Assembly: GCA_947487175.1 (NCBI GenBank)
Contig: CANKVM010000002.1
Coordinates: 1 to 60,487 of the forward strand
DNA from: Flavobacteriales bacterium
GTDB taxonomy: Bacteria > Bacteroidota > Bacteroidia > NS11-12g > UBA955
Direction: 5' to 3'
Length of the DNA: 60,487 nt
Every line of letters begins with the position of its first letter. The stretch's first letter is position 1. Below, in pieces: positions 31,117 through 41,124 of the stretch. The position numbers and the translations under genes are program-made. Below the pieces are notes generated by a model, which ran no database searches, was not told where the DNA came from, and worked only from the letters and a program-made list of their open reading frames with translations.

Positions 31117-34100
31117 TTAACTACAACCTAAGCTATTGCCACAATTCAAACATTTGTAACATGTACCACTTCTTACGGTGATATGTCCACAAACGTTACA
31201 AGCCGGTGCATCACTTTGAACTTCTCTTAAATGATCTTGCATGTCTTTTGCTCCTGAAGCCTCTGCTTTAGCGGCACGAACCATGTCTAAAGAAATAGGT
31301 TCTGGATTAAATACAGGCTTGAACTCAGAAATAATTGGCGCTTCTGGAGCTTTTTCCATTGGCAATAAATCACTTGGTTTTACTTGAACCAAATCTTCGC
31401 GATTCAAATATTCAAACCCTAATAATCTAAAAATATAATCAACAATAGAAGTTGCATTTTTTACATTCTGATGACCTTCAACCATTCCACTTGGTTCAAA
31501 ACGAGTGAATGCAAATTTATCTACAAACTCTTCCAAAGGAACACCATATTGCAAACCAACAGAAATAGCAATTGAGAAACAGTTCATCAATGAACGGAAA
31601 CTCGCTCCTTCTTTGTGCATATCAATAAAGATTTCACCCAATGTTCCATCATCGTATTCACCAGTACGAACAAATATAGTTTGTCCACCTACTCTACCTT
31701 TTTGCGTAAACCCATTTCTACGATTTGGCAAACGTTTTTTCTCTACAATGTTCGAAAGTTGACGTTTGAACTTAGTATCAGGGCTTTCACTCAAAATGCG
31801 CTTAGCAGCTTCTAAAACGATATCTGGAGTCAATTCTTCAGCAATGCGAATAACTTTTCCTTTGCCTGTTGCATCCTGAGCCATTGCAGTGGTTTCTCTG
31901 TCTGCTGCTTCTTTGTCTTCTTTGTCGGCTTCTTCTTGGCTTTCAGATTTATTACTCAATGGTTGGCTCAATTTACAGCCATCACGATACAAAGCGTTGG
32001 CTTTCAAACCAAGTTTCCAACTCAATTCATAACATGCCTTGATATCTTCAACTGACGCTTCATGTGGCAAGTTAATTGTTTTACTAATTGCACCTGAAAT
32101 AAATGGTTGCGCAGCAGCCATCATTCTGATATGTGCAAATGGGTGAATGTATCTTACTCCTATGTTACCACATTTGTTAGCACAATCAAATACAGGCAAA
32201 TGCTCTTCCTTTAAATTTGGAGCACCTTCAACAGTCATTGTTCCTACTACAAAGTTATTGGCCGCAGCAATTTCTTTTCTGTCGAATCCTAAAGTTTGCA
32301 ACATGTTGAATTTAGGATGATTGTATTGCTCAGGAGTAATTCCTAAGTTTTTCATTGTTTCTTCACCCAAACTGTATTTGTTGAAAATAAAGCCAATTTC
32401 AAATGCCATAATAGCTTCTGATTCTACTTTTTCCAAATCAGCATCTGTAAATCCTTTTGCTTTTAACGTTTCATGATTGATAAACGGAGCACCTTTGAAA
32501 GTTTGGTGTCCTTTTGCATAATTTACAATTGCAGTTACATCAGCTTCAGAATAACCTAAATTTTTCAAAGCAAGTGGAACAGTATTGTTTACAATTTTGA
32601 AATATCCACCACCCGATAATTTTTTGTATTTCACCAAAGCAAAATCAGGCTCAATTCCTGTTGTATCACAATCCATCAACAAACCAATTGTTCCAGTTGG
32701 TGCAATTACAGTTGATTGTGCATTTCTAAATCCATATTTCTCACCCCATTGAACCGCTTTGTCCCAAGAGTTACAAGCAGATTTCAACAAATAATCTGGG
32801 CAATATTTTTCATCAATACAAACTGGCTTAATTCCCAATCCCTCAAAAGCCAAAGGAGTGTTATAAGCAGCATAACGGTGGTTGCGAATTACACGCAACA
32901 TATTTTTCTTATTCTTATCATACTTGCTGAATGTGCCTTTAACAGCAGCCATTTCAGCACTTGTAGCATAAGAAGTACCAGTTAAGATTGCGGTTACAGA
33001 ACCACAAATTGCAACAGCTTCTTTGCTATCGTAAGGAATACCAGCTGACATTAATACTGAACCTAAGTTGGCATAACCCAATCCTAAAGTTCTGTAATCG
33101 TAACTCAATTGAGCAACTTCTTTACTTGGGAATTGTGCCATTAACACAGAAATCTCAAGTACAGTTGTCCATAATCTCGCAGCGTATTCTAAGCTATTAA
33201 CATCAAATGTACACTCATTTTCGTCAAAGAATTTTCTCAAATTCAAAGATGCCAAGTTACAAGCGGTATTGTCTAAGAACATATATTCTGAACATGGATT
33301 AGAAGCATTGATTCTTCCACCTTCAGGGCAAGTATGCCATTCGTTAATTGTATCGTCGTATTGAACTCCAGGATCAGCACAAGCCCAAGCAGCATCACCA
33401 ATGGTATCCCAAACTTGTTGAGCTGGTAAGGATTTCATAACCTCTCCGGTTGAGCGTGCTGTAAAATCCCAATCTTCTCCTTTTTGCAGTTTATCAAAGA
33501 ATTTGTGGGGTATACGTAAAGAGTTGTTGCTATTTTGACCTGAAACAGTATTATATGCTTCACCTTCATAATCGCTCGCGTATCCGCCTGCAATTAGAGC
33601 AGCAACTTTTTTCTCTTCCCCTTTTTTCCAAGCAATAAATTCCATTGCTTCTGGATGATCCAAATCTAAACATACCATTTTGGCAGCACGACGGGTTGTT
33701 CCACCGCTCTTAATAGCACCCGCAGCGCGGTCACCAATGCGTAAGAAACTCATTAAACCACTGCTCGTTCCACCGCCAGACAATCTTTCGCCTGCACCAC
33801 GTATTTTAGAAAAGTTAGTTCCAACACCAGAACCATATTTGAAAATTCTCGCTTCACGAACCCAAAGATCCATAATACCACCTTCGTTTACCAAATCATC
33901 ATCAACAGACAAAATGAAACACGCATGTGGTTGTGGACGCTCGTAAGCGCTTGTTGATTTCATTAATTTTTCGGTTGTAGGATCAACAAAGTAATGTCCT
34001 TGTGGTTTTCCTGCAATACCGTAACTATTATGCAAACCTGTATTAAACCATTGAGGAGAATTTGGTGCTGATTCCTGATTCAACAATGAGTAAACCAACT

Positions 34101-34461
34101 CATCATAAAATACCTGTGCATCAGTTGCCGAAGCAAAATAACCATGTTTCTCACCCCAAAAACGCCAACACTCAGCCAATCTATGAACAACTTGTTTCAC
34201 AGATGTTTCACATCCCAAAGAACCGTCGGCCTGAGGCACTCCAGCTTTACGGAAATATTTTTGAGCCAAAATATCTGTTGCTACTTGGCTCCAACCATTA
34301 GGAACCTCCACGTTTAACATTTCAAATACCACACTACCATCTGGTTTTTTAATTACCGAGGTTCTGTAATCGTATTTAAATAAATCGAAAGGAGAAACTC
34401 CTTCTTTTGTGTTTAGGCGGGCAAATTCTAATCCGCTACTGTTTACTGTTTGCTGGTTCAT
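31117..34461 (-). CDS. nrdJ: Adenosylcobalamin-dependent (class II) ribonucleotide reductase
   Basis: 1114 aa. Active-site region [22 protein letters not shown]-terminal Cys-rich zinc-ribbon tail [27 protein letters not shown]. No ATP-cone. Confidence 0.9.
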   Translation of the reverse strand: MNQQTVNSSGLEFARLNTKEGVSPFDLFKYDYRTSVIKKPDGSVVFEMLNVEVPNGWSQVATDILAQKYFRKAGVPQADGSLGCETSVKQVVHRLAECWRFWGEKHGYFASATDAQVFYDELVYSLLNQESAPNSPQWFNTGLHNSYGIAGKPQGHYFVDPTTEKLMKSTSAYERPQPHACFILSVDDDLVNEGGIMDLWVREARIFKYGSGVGTNFSKIRGAGERLSGGGTSSGLMSFLRIGDRAAGAIKSGGTTRRAAKMVCLDLDHPEAMEFIAWKKGEEKKVAALIAGGYASDYEGEAYNTVSGQNSNNSLRIPHKFFDKLQKGEDWDFTARSTGEVMKSLPAQQVWDTIGDAAWACADPGVQYDDTINEWHTCPEGGRINASNPCSEYMFLDNTACNLASLNLRKFFDENECTFDVNSLEYAARLWTTVLEISVLMAQFPSKEVAQLSYDYRTLGLGYANLGSVLMSAGIPYDSKEAVAICGSVTAILTGTSYATSAEMAAVKGTFSKYDKNKKNMLRVIRNHRYAAYNTPLAFEGLGIKPVCIDEKYCPDYLLKSACNSWDKAVQWGEKYGFRNAQSTVIAPTGTIGLLMDCDTTGIEPDFALVKYKKLSGGGYFKIVNNTVPLALKNLGYSEADVTAIVNYAKGHQTFKGAPFINHETLKAKGFTDADLEKVESEAIMAFEIGFIFNKYSLGEETMKNLGITPEQYNHPKFNMLQTLGFDRKEIAAANNFVVGTMTVEGAPNLKEEHLPVFDCANKCGNIGVRYIHPFAHIRMMAAAQPFISGAISKTINLPHEASVEDIKACYELSWKLGLKANALYRDGCKLSQPLSNKSESQEEADKEDKEAADRETTAMAQDATGKGKVIRIAEELTPDIVLEAAKRILSESPDTKFKRQLSNIVEKKRLPNRRNGFTQKGRVGGQTIFVRTGEYDDGTLGEIFIDMHKEGASFRSLMNCFSIAISVGLQYGVPLEEFVDKFAFTRFEPSGMVEGHQNVKNATSIVDYIFRLLGFEYLNREDLVQVKPSDLLPMEKAPEAPIISEFKPVFNPEPISLDMVRAAKAEASGAKDMQDHLREVQSDAPACNVCGHITVRSGTCYKCLNCGNSLGCS

Positions 34462-34827
34462 GGTTTAATTGGTTTAATTGGTTTTTGGTTTAAATATCTA
34501 TTTACTTTTGGGTTTGCGTCTCTAAAAAAATTTCTTGAGAAGTACAAACATATCACTCTAAAAACAACAATTGCTAATGGTTTATCCACATAAAATCAAA
34601 AAAACCAATATCCAAAAGGGTTTAGGCTGTGGAATAGTTTATTTCATTACAAATCAATAACTTAAATGTAATATATTGATAATCAAAACTATAGTAAAAT
34701 AGTCATTTCATCCCTTTTTTATGCATTTTTTTTTGCCATTGCGCATTGCCCCTAGCTTTTATCTACTTTCACAAAATAAAAAATAAAAAAACATCTATTT
34801 TCACTTTCTTTGTATAGAATTTATTCA

Positions 34828-35580
34828 ATGGTTATCAATCACCTTTTTACTCAAAAAAGCAACTCTCAAAAATGCATTGCCGTTTTAATTGATCCAGATC
34901 AATACGGTTCAAAAACAAGTGAAATTTTCGCAATTGCTCAGTCGTTTCATATTGATTTGTTTTTAGTTGGAGGTTCACTTGTTTCTTCCGGCATTACTCA
35001 ACATTGCGTTAATCAACTTAAAAAACTAGGTGCAAAAAATGTTGTACTATTTCCTGGACATGAAATGCAACTCGTGGAAAATGCCGATGCAATTTTATTC
35101 ATGAGCCTAATTTCAGGAAGAAATCCAGAATTTCTTATCGGAAAACATGTTACAGCGGCACCTTGGATTAAAAAACACAATATTGAAGCCATTCCTACAG
35201 GTTACATGCTTATTGAATCTGGCAAAATCACCTCTGCATTATACATGAGTAATACAATGCCGTTGCCAAACGATAAACCAGATATCGCTGCCGCAACAGC
35301 TATGGCTGGTGAATTCCTAGGAATGAAAGTGATGTACCTTGATGCCGGTTCCGGAGCTCAAAATCCTGTTCCTCAATCTATTATTAAATCCGTTAAAGAA
35401 AATACAAATTGCATTCTCTTCGTTGGTGGTGGCATCAAATCTGCCAGAGATGCAAAAAATGCGTGGAACAACGGAGCCGATTATATTGTAGTTGGAAATG
35501 GAATTTTTAACAATACCCAGTTATTAAGCGAACTTTGCATTGAAATGAATCAAATAAATTCAACACTTACTAATCAATAA
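34828..35580 (+). CDS. pcrB: Geranylgeranylglyceryl/heptaprenylglyceryl phosphate synthase family protein (PcrB/GGGPS, TIM barrel)
   Basis: Family motifs in order: LIDPDQ, LFLVGGS, LFPG, SLISGRNPEFLIG, TGYMLIE, MYLDAGSGA, FVGGGIKS, ADYIVVGNG. ATG 34828 is preferred over the ORF-track TTG 34810. Confidence 0.8.
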   Translation: MVINHLFTQKSNSQKCIAVLIDPDQYGSKTSEIFAIAQSFHIDLFLVGGSLVSSGITQHCVNQLKKLGAKNVVLFPGHEMQLVENADAILFMSLISGRNPEFLIGKHVTAAPWIKKHNIEAIPTGYMLIESGKITSALYMSNTMPLPNDKPDIAAATAMAGEFLGMKVMYLDAGSGAQNPVPQSIIKSVKENTNCILFVGGGIKSARDAKNAWNNGADYIVVGNGIFNNTQLLSELCIEMNQINSTLTNQ

Positions 35581-35584
35581 AAAA

Positions 35585-36136
35585 ATGTTTGGATATCCCT
35601 TTAAAACTATCTTCTTCAAATCAAATCAAAACAGACAACAAATTCAATCTGCAATTGAGTTGCATACTTTTCTGAGTGATGCAAATTACAAAAACACAGA
35701 AAAAAATGTAAAATCTTTTTATGGCGAAGTAAGCAGTCAAGATTTTAAATTAGAAACGATTATCAAGAAAAAACCTCTTGTAAACTTTATTCACGGTGAA
35801 ATAAAAGGAATCGATAATGAAATTTACATTATTGCAAGACTTGGTTCACTTGAACATCAACGCATTTACGCACTATTTATCGCTGTTTTTGGAGTATGTT
35901 CAGCATTCCTTTTGGAAGCATTGTATAAATCTTCTAATTATTATGCTCCTAATTTTTTTAGCGACCCAATGAAAACAGCCATGCTCGCTATAGAAGCAAT
36001 ATTGTTTTTAATCATTTATATCAAATACAGATCTTTCAAGAAAAATCTACAAGCAACTAAGGAATTTTTATTTCAAATTTGGTCTGCAACAGAAATCACA
36101 AAAGAAGACGTGCCTTTAGTATTTCGCTTGCAATAA
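35585..36136 (+). CDS. Hypothetical membrane protein (2 predicted TM helices)
   Basis: 183-aa ORF starting 4 nt after the pcrB stop. Hydrophobic segments IYALFIAVFGVCSAFLLEAL and AMLAIEAILFLIIYI. I recognise no family. Confidence 0.6.
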   Translation: MFGYPFKTIFFKSNQNRQQIQSAIELHTFLSDANYKNTEKNVKSFYGEVSSQDFKLETIIKKKPLVNFIHGEIKGIDNEIYIIARLGSLEHQRIYALFIAVFGVCSAFLLEALYKSSNYYAPNFFSDPMKTAMLAIEAILFLIIYIKYRSFKKNLQATKEFLFQIWSATEITKEDVPLVFRLQ

Positions 36137-36739
36137 TTGCAGCAAGTTCTTTTCCCAATTCTCAGCTGGATTTTCAATAATCCTCCCAATTTCTTTCTTG
36201 CCGTTATGGAAAATCACAAGAGGCACCTTCGTAATTTCAATTCCTTCAGTTTTGAAATCAACAATTTTCTTGTCTTTATCTACCCTAATATAACGAAAAT
36301 CATTTTTCTTTAACCCCAAATCATCCAATACACGAGTTAACCCACCCATGCCATAACGGGTATCGGAACACCAATTTCCCCCATAAACATCAACCTTTAA
36401 AATGTTGCCAGCTGATAGAATCTCACGAATGCTATCCATCACCAACTTATTGGGCTTATAAGATGTATAATCACTTTGCAATGATCCTAAAAAAACACTT
36501 GCATCTTCCTTCGGAACTCCTGTTGAATTAGAAAAATGGGATTGGAGTGTTTCATCCAATTGATGAAAAGTATGATATTTATTGACTGAATCTCTCATAT
36601 TCATTCTTTTTTGAGGGACATTCACCTGTTTCAATTTATTGTTCTTTATAGTGCCACAAGAAAAAAACAAAGTTGAAACTACAATTGAAGAATAAATTAT
36701 CAATTTAAACTGATTGGAAAATATTGTAAAAATTTGCAT
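36116..36739 (-). CDS. Thioredoxin-fold lipoprotein (Thioredoxin_9-like, degenerate WCSDT site)
   Basis: 207 aa. Lipobox-like LFFSCG. VYGGNWCSDTRYGMGG sits where the Trx-fold WCxxC normally is. C-terminal PLVIFHNGKKEIGRIIE. Family call is tentative. Confidence 0.6.
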   Translation of the reverse strand: MQIFTIFSNQFKLIIYSSIVVSTLFFSCGTIKNNKLKQVNVPQKRMNMRDSVNKYHTFHQLDETLQSHFSNSTGVPKEDASVFLGSLQSDYTSYKPNKLVMDSIREILSAGNILKVDVYGGNWCSDTRYGMGGLTRVLDDLGLKKNDFRYIRVDKDKKIVDFKTEGIEITKVPLVIFHNGKKEIGRIIENPAENWEKNLLQLLQAKY

Positions 36740-36752
36740 GATGAAATGTTCT

Positions 36753-36760
36753 CAAATCTA
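36753..36760 (-). promoter_or_regulatory. Candidate -7 box TAGATTTG for the thioredoxin-fold gene
   Basis: Exact TAnnTTTG on the minus strand, 13 nt upstream of ATG 36739. Confidence 0.35.
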
Positions 36761-36843
36761 ATTGAATTTACTCAATTTTAAGCCAAAATATTGTCAAATC
36801 CGTTTAAACAAATACATAAAATTTGGTTACCTTCGCAAAGCCC

Positions 36844-37821
36844 ATGAGCTCAAGCATAGAGCAAATAAAAAAACCCATCCTGAAAGAACTGGAAAATTTC
36901 GAAACCCAGTTCAGACAGAGCATGAAAACGAAAGTTCCTCTGCTCGACACAATCATGACCTATATCGTGAAGAGGAAGGGCAAGCAAATTCGTCCCATTT
37001 TTGTACTTTATAGCGCGGCTTTATTTGGTGAAATAAACGACAAAACCTTACGCGGAGCTTCTTTGGTTGAACTTTTACATACAGCCACATTGGTTCACGA
37101 TGATGTAGTAGATGAAAGCTATAAAAGGCGTGGTTTTTTTAGTATAAACGCACTTTGGAAAAATAAAATTGCTGTTTTGGTTGGCGATTTCCTTCTTTCC
37201 AAAGGTTTATTATTGAGTGTTCAAAATAAAGATTTTGATTTACTCGAAATATTAAGTGTTGCAGTTCAAGAAATGAGCGAAGGTGAATTATTGCAACTAG
37301 AAAGGGCAAAATTCATGAATGCCACAGAAGAAGTTTATTTTGAAATTATTCGCAAAAAAACTGCATCATTGATTGCATCTTGTTGCCAAATTGGCGCAGC
37401 TTCAACCCAACCGGACGTGGAAATTCAAGAAAAAATGAGAAAATTTGGAGAACTCATTGGTTTGGCATTTCAAATACGCGACGATCTTTTCGACTTTGGA
37501 GAAAACAAAAGCGGCAAACCCGCAGGTCTCGATATTAAAGAGAAAAAACTGACATTGCCTATTATTTATGCCATGTCTCAAGCACCTAGCAATGAAACCA
37601 AAAGCATTAGACAAGTAATTAAAGGCAAACTACCCGACAACCAAAAAATGAAACAGGTAGTTGAATTTATAAAAAAATACGACGGCATTAAATATGCCAC
37701 AACCAAAATGAATGAATTTAGAGATCAAGCATTTCAAATCCTTGATTCTCTTGAAACCAATATTTCCCAAAAAAACCAATTGAATCTTTTGGTTAATTTT
37801 GTAATCGATAGAAACGTATAA
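36844..37821 (+). CDS. Polyprenyl diphosphate synthase (trans-IPPS family; chain length not determinable)
   Basis: First and second Asp-rich motifs LVHDDVVDES and FQIRDDLFD. Starts MSSSIEQIKKPILKELENF at ATG 36844 (the ORF track starts at 36823). Confidence 0.85.
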   Translation: MSSSIEQIKKPILKELENFETQFRQSMKTKVPLLDTIMTYIVKRKGKQIRPIFVLYSAALFGEINDKTLRGASLVELLHTATLVHDDVVDESYKRRGFFSINALWKNKIAVLVGDFLLSKGLLLSVQNKDFDLLEILSVAVQEMSEGELLQLERAKFMNATEEVYFEIIRKKTASLIASCCQIGAASTQPDVEIQEKMRKFGELIGLAFQIRDDLFDFGENKSGKPAGLDIKEKKLTLPIIYAMSQAPSNETKSIRQVIKGKLPDNQKMKQVVEFIKKYDGIKYATTKMNEFRDQAFQILDSLETNISQKNQLNLLVNFVIDRNV

Positions 37822-37824
37822 GCC

Positions 37825-38316
37825 ATGAAAGTAAACATTCAAGAAAAAGAAATTTCTCTAGTTAATGAAAATAACATTTGGGTTCAAAATGAGAACCAAG
37901 AAATTCGCATTGTAAAACACAACGATGAAACTTTATTACTCATTACCCCTAACAAAATTTATACTATTCGTTGCCTAAATGTGAACAAAGAAGCCAAAAC
38001 ACTCACGTTGTTATATAACGGAAATAAATTTGAAGCGAAAATCACTGAACCAATTGATGAAATTTTAAAATCAATGGGACTAGAAAATGCATTAACTCCA
38101 AAAATTTCCGATTTAAAAGCACCTATGCCAGGTTTGGTATTGCAAGTTCTTGTTAACCCAGGAGATACTGTTGTAAAAGGAGATAAAATTCTCGTTTTAG
38201 AAGCCATGAAAATGGAAAACGCCATCAAATCTCCGACAGATGGAATCATTGCCGATGTTTTTGCAAAACAAGGATTGGCAGTTGATAAAAATCAAATACT
38301 AATTACTTTCAAGTAA
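37825..38316 (+). CDS. Biotin carboxyl carrier protein-like biotinyl-domain protein
   Basis: 163 aa. C-terminal biotinyl domain with the canonical LEAMKMEN biotinylation motif. Starts 3 nt after the polyprenyl synthase stop. Confidence 0.85.
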   Translation: MKVNIQEKEISLVNENNIWVQNENQEIRIVKHNDETLLLITPNKIYTIRCLNVNKEAKTLTLLYNGNKFEAKITEPIDEILKSMGLENALTPKISDLKAPMPGLVLQVLVNPGDTVVKGDKILVLEAMKMENAIKSPTDGIIADVFAKQGLAVDKNQILITFK

Positions 38317-38317
38317 G

Positions 38318-39790
38318 TTGAATCACTGGCGGTTTACATATCGCAATCACTTACTTTTTATACTCTTCATTCTTTTTTATGCATTGTTGGGACTATTCAA
38401 TCTCACTACTTTGCCTGTTGCTTGGACAGATGAAGTAATGAATTTAGATCCGGCCATTCAATTCCATAGGTTTGGTCATTTCTTCTCAAAACTTTGGCCT
38501 AATCCCGGAGCAGAAAAAGTATTCGCAAGCTACCCTCCACTTATTGAAATATGGCATATTATTTGGCTTAAATTAGTCAATCCAACTGTTTTTAATATTC
38601 GATTACCCTTCCTAATCTTTCATTTAATTACACTCACCGTATTATACTTTATCCTCATTAAATCATTAAAAAACAAGTACATATCACTGCTTTTTTTACT
38701 TCTCTTCGCATTCGACAAAAGCGTTTTTGAACTTTCACGCAGTGTTCGGGTAGAAGTGCTTATTCTTCTACTCATTTCATTGTACTACCTCTTCCAAACC
38801 AAATCGAATAATCCATTTTTACAGGGCTTCTTATCCGGTTTATTGCTGATTGCCCACTTATATACACTGCCGATTGTATTGGCTTGGCTTATAAAAACCT
38901 GCTTCAAAAACAGTTACCAATACACTATTAAATATGGAATTTCATTGGTTCTACCCACACTATTCAGTTTATGGTTGATTAACTTCAATGTTGCAGAAAT
39001 TATTTCCCAGTTAGGATTACAAGCAACGAAGCACACACCACAATCAAATGGCTTTTTTTATATTTTGAGGGACAGTTTTTTGGGAAGATTTTTCCCATAT
39101 TATAACGAGCAACCCTTGATGTGGTTCGTTTACTTAGGCATTCTTTTTCTCGCAATTCACCTGTTGATTAAACAAAGAACCAGCATTGAATCAGCATTAC
39201 TCAATGGATCACTTTTGGAACTTTTATTGTTAGGCATCACTATTTTTGGTGCTATGTCTGCTCAATACAGATATTTACCGGCATTTTTACTCATTGGAAT
39301 TATCACATTTGCGTCTGAAATAAAACTCAATAATAAAATCTTCAAAGCCCTTATTTTGATTATCGTTTTAAATGGATTTCTATCTTTTACTGCCCGTCAT
39401 ATCACTGCCATTTACCAACGACAAGAACGAACGTCCGAACCCATTTTGGCATTTTTAGATAAGAATATCCCTCAAAACAAAAAGATCCTCATTTTGGGTG
39501 AATCAATTGGAGAATATTATTCAGCAACACACAAACTGTGCGATTATGGATTAGACTTCCATCCCATTCATTTCAAATTTACTGATTATGAAAATGTTTA
39601 CTATTTATCAAAAGACAGCATTCCTTATTTGAACTGCACAAAAATTGGACAATACAATCCCTTGCAAAATCAAATTCCTCCAATAATTTCAAAATTTGCC
39701 AAAGGAGGAACATATTCAAATACATTTATTTGGAAAGTTGAATCTGAGAGTGAGTTCAAAAAAATTACCCAACCCTTTTTAACCTATTAA
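38318..39790 (+). CDS. Polytopic membrane protein, probable GT-C fold (ArnT/PMT-like, GT39/83-type) glycosyltransferase
   Basis: 490 aa, at least 10 TM helices. First-loop acidic motif LPVAWTDEVMNLDPA resembles the GT-C DE/DxD loop. Soluble C-terminal domain. TTG start 1 nt after the BCCP stop. Family call is tentative. Confidence 0.6.
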   Translation: MNHWRFTYRNHLLFILFILFYALLGLFNLTTLPVAWTDEVMNLDPAIQFHRFGHFFSKLWPNPGAEKVFASYPPLIEIWHIIWLKLVNPTVFNIRLPFLIFHLITLTVLYFILIKSLKNKYISLLFLLLFAFDKSVFELSRSVRVEVLILLLISLYYLFQTKSNNPFLQGFLSGLLLIAHLYTLPIVLAWLIKTCFKNSYQYTIKYGISLVLPTLFSLWLINFNVAEIISQLGLQATKHTPQSNGFFYILRDSFLGRFFPYYNEQPLMWFVYLGILFLAIHLLIKQRTSIESALLNGSLLELLLLGITIFGAMSAQYRYLPAFLLIGIITFASEIKLNNKIFKALILIIVLNGFLSFTARHITAIYQRQERTSEPILAFLDKNIPQNKKILILGESIGEYYSATHKLCDYGLDFHPIHFKFTDYENVYYLSKDSIPYLNCTKIGQYNPLQNQIPPIISKFAKGGTYSNTFIWKVESESEFKKITQPFLTY

Positions 39791-41092
39791 TTACTTTTTA
39801 CCCTGAGAATTTTTGAGTCCGTACCCAATTAATTCATCAAATGGCATGGCTTGGTTTCTGTGATACATCAAAACCATATAATTGTTCTCTGTAGCAGAAT
39901 TGGCGCCCTCAAGTGGCTTGAAATCTAATTTACCTGTAGTTTTATTCAAAATGCCATACATGTAATTGTAATAACCTTGTTTTAATGGAACAACTGCCTC
40001 ATAGTTTTTCAAATCCGCATTATAATACATTTTCAAATTTTCATTGATACGCCAATCACTCAATTCGCCAAAAATATAAACATCGTTTTCTTGAACATCA
40101 GCAGCCAAAGAAAAATGGACAAAAACATAATCACTTTCAAATGAAACACCATTGCTATTCGTCATTGTATCCTTGATAATGTCTTTATTATCATAGAAAA
40201 CCCTACCATTATAATCACTCCATGGCATATATCTATCAAATCCACGGCTTTGATCGGTAACCAACCAAACATGCTTTTGGTTTCCAATGTTCATTCTCTT
40301 TTTAACCCAAGCCTGACTTGATCTCAAACTTCTAATATCGAATGAACGGTATTCGTTTTCACCACTAAACTGAGTGCCTAGAACTTGCTTGTAGGCATAA
40401 GACTGGCTTTGAATAAACTGTGGTTTTAAATTATCTATTGCCGAAACCCATTCACCATTTTGCAAAATTACCGCGGTTAAATCTTGATATGGATTGGGAA
40501 TATAATAACCCTTTAATGTGCTAAACGTAAAATTAACTTGTTGGTTTTCCTGCCTAAATTCAACCTGATTGCTCTGATTGACAGTAACATCAACATTGCC
40601 TTTTGGACTTAAAACCATGATCCTTCTAGACAATACAATGTCTGCTTCATTAAAATTTCTATAAACTACAAGCAAATAATTACCTGCATATTTTGGCATT
40701 GTATTTTCCGTAGGAAAATTTTGGGAATAATGAACATATTGTGTCAAAGTAGAATTAGAAAACACATAGTTTTCTAAGTTTTCATATCCAATTCCATCCA
40801 AATACTGAGCTTTTGCCATTTGAACCTTATTCCATTGGGCATCGCATAAAATTAAAGTGAACTGATAATAGTCTCTTTCTGCTATAAGCTGATCAAATTC
40901 AAGTCTCAAATTGCCCAAAGCATCTTCTAGTGTAATTAATGGAAATCCGAATCCACTTTGAGGTTGAATTACCCTCACTGTTCTGATGTCACCTTCATAA
41001 ATGGCATTGGTAAAACGCAATGTACTGTCCAAATTGGCATAGAGTTTTTCTCCCCCTAAAAACAGAAAAAATATGAGTACAAAGTGTTTCAT
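39791..41092 (-). CDS. Secreted protein, possibly DUF5103 / T9SS plug-protein family
   Basis: 433 aa with signal peptide. N-domain pattern IRTVRVIQP..LRLEFDQL..YYQFTLILCDAQW..YAGNYLLVVY resembles my memory of the T9SS_plug_1st (DUF5103) family. Not verified. Confidence 0.5.
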   Translation of the reverse strand: MKHFVLIFFLFLGGEKLYANLDSTLRFTNAIYEGDIRTVRVIQPQSGFGFPLITLEDALGNLRLEFDQLIAERDYYQFTLILCDAQWNKVQMAKAQYLDGIGYENLENYVFSNSTLTQYVHYSQNFPTENTMPKYAGNYLLVVYRNFNEADIVLSRRIMVLSPKGNVDVTVNQSNQVEFRQENQQVNFTFSTLKGYYIPNPYQDLTAVILQNGEWVSAIDNLKPQFIQSQSYAYKQVLGTQFSGENEYRSFDIRSLRSSQAWVKKRMNIGNQKHVWLVTDQSRGFDRYMPWSDYNGRVFYDNKDIIKDTMTNSNGVSFESDYVFVHFSLAADVQENDVYIFGELSDWRINENLKMYYNADLKNYEAVVPLKQGYYNYMYGILNKTTGKLDFKPLEGANSATENNYMVLMYHRNQAMPFDELIGYGLKNSQGKK

Positions 41093-41096
41093 TTCT

Positions 41097-41104
41097 CAAA
41101 CATA
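41097..41104 (-). promoter_or_regulatory. Candidate -7 box TATGTTTG for the DUF5103-like gene
   Basis: Exact TAnnTTTG on the minus strand, only 4 nt from ATG 41092. Confidence 0.35.
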
Positions 41105-41124
41105 ACAAAAAAAATGCCAATTGA

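Noticed and set aside
31117-34461. Possible intein or fused extra domain explaining the 1114-aa length of NrdJ
   Set aside because: The active-site region is contiguous ([21 protein letters not shown]). There are no intein block motifs (Cys/Ser..His-Asn-Cys/Ser/Thr junctions with an endonuclease). The extra length is the usual charged linker plus the C-terminal zinc-ribbon tail of class II RNRs.
34462-34809. NrdR boxes or a cobalamin riboswitch upstream of nrdJ
   Set aside because: The nearest NrdR-like 16-mers (for example AGAGTGATATGTTTGT on the minus strand at about 34543-34558) are poor palindromes, and one is better explained as a -7 box. I found no B12-box-like element. Only a proper PWM or Infernal scan could settle this.
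36116-36136. Convergent gene overlaps (35585-36136 with 36116-36739, bshA with the sigma gene at 17400-17403, miaB with the hypothetical at 48580-48583) as a possible antisense-regulation device
   Set aside because: Short 3'-3' overlaps are common in compact genomes. There are no associated structures or promoters, and the 48580-48981 ORF may not even be a real gene.
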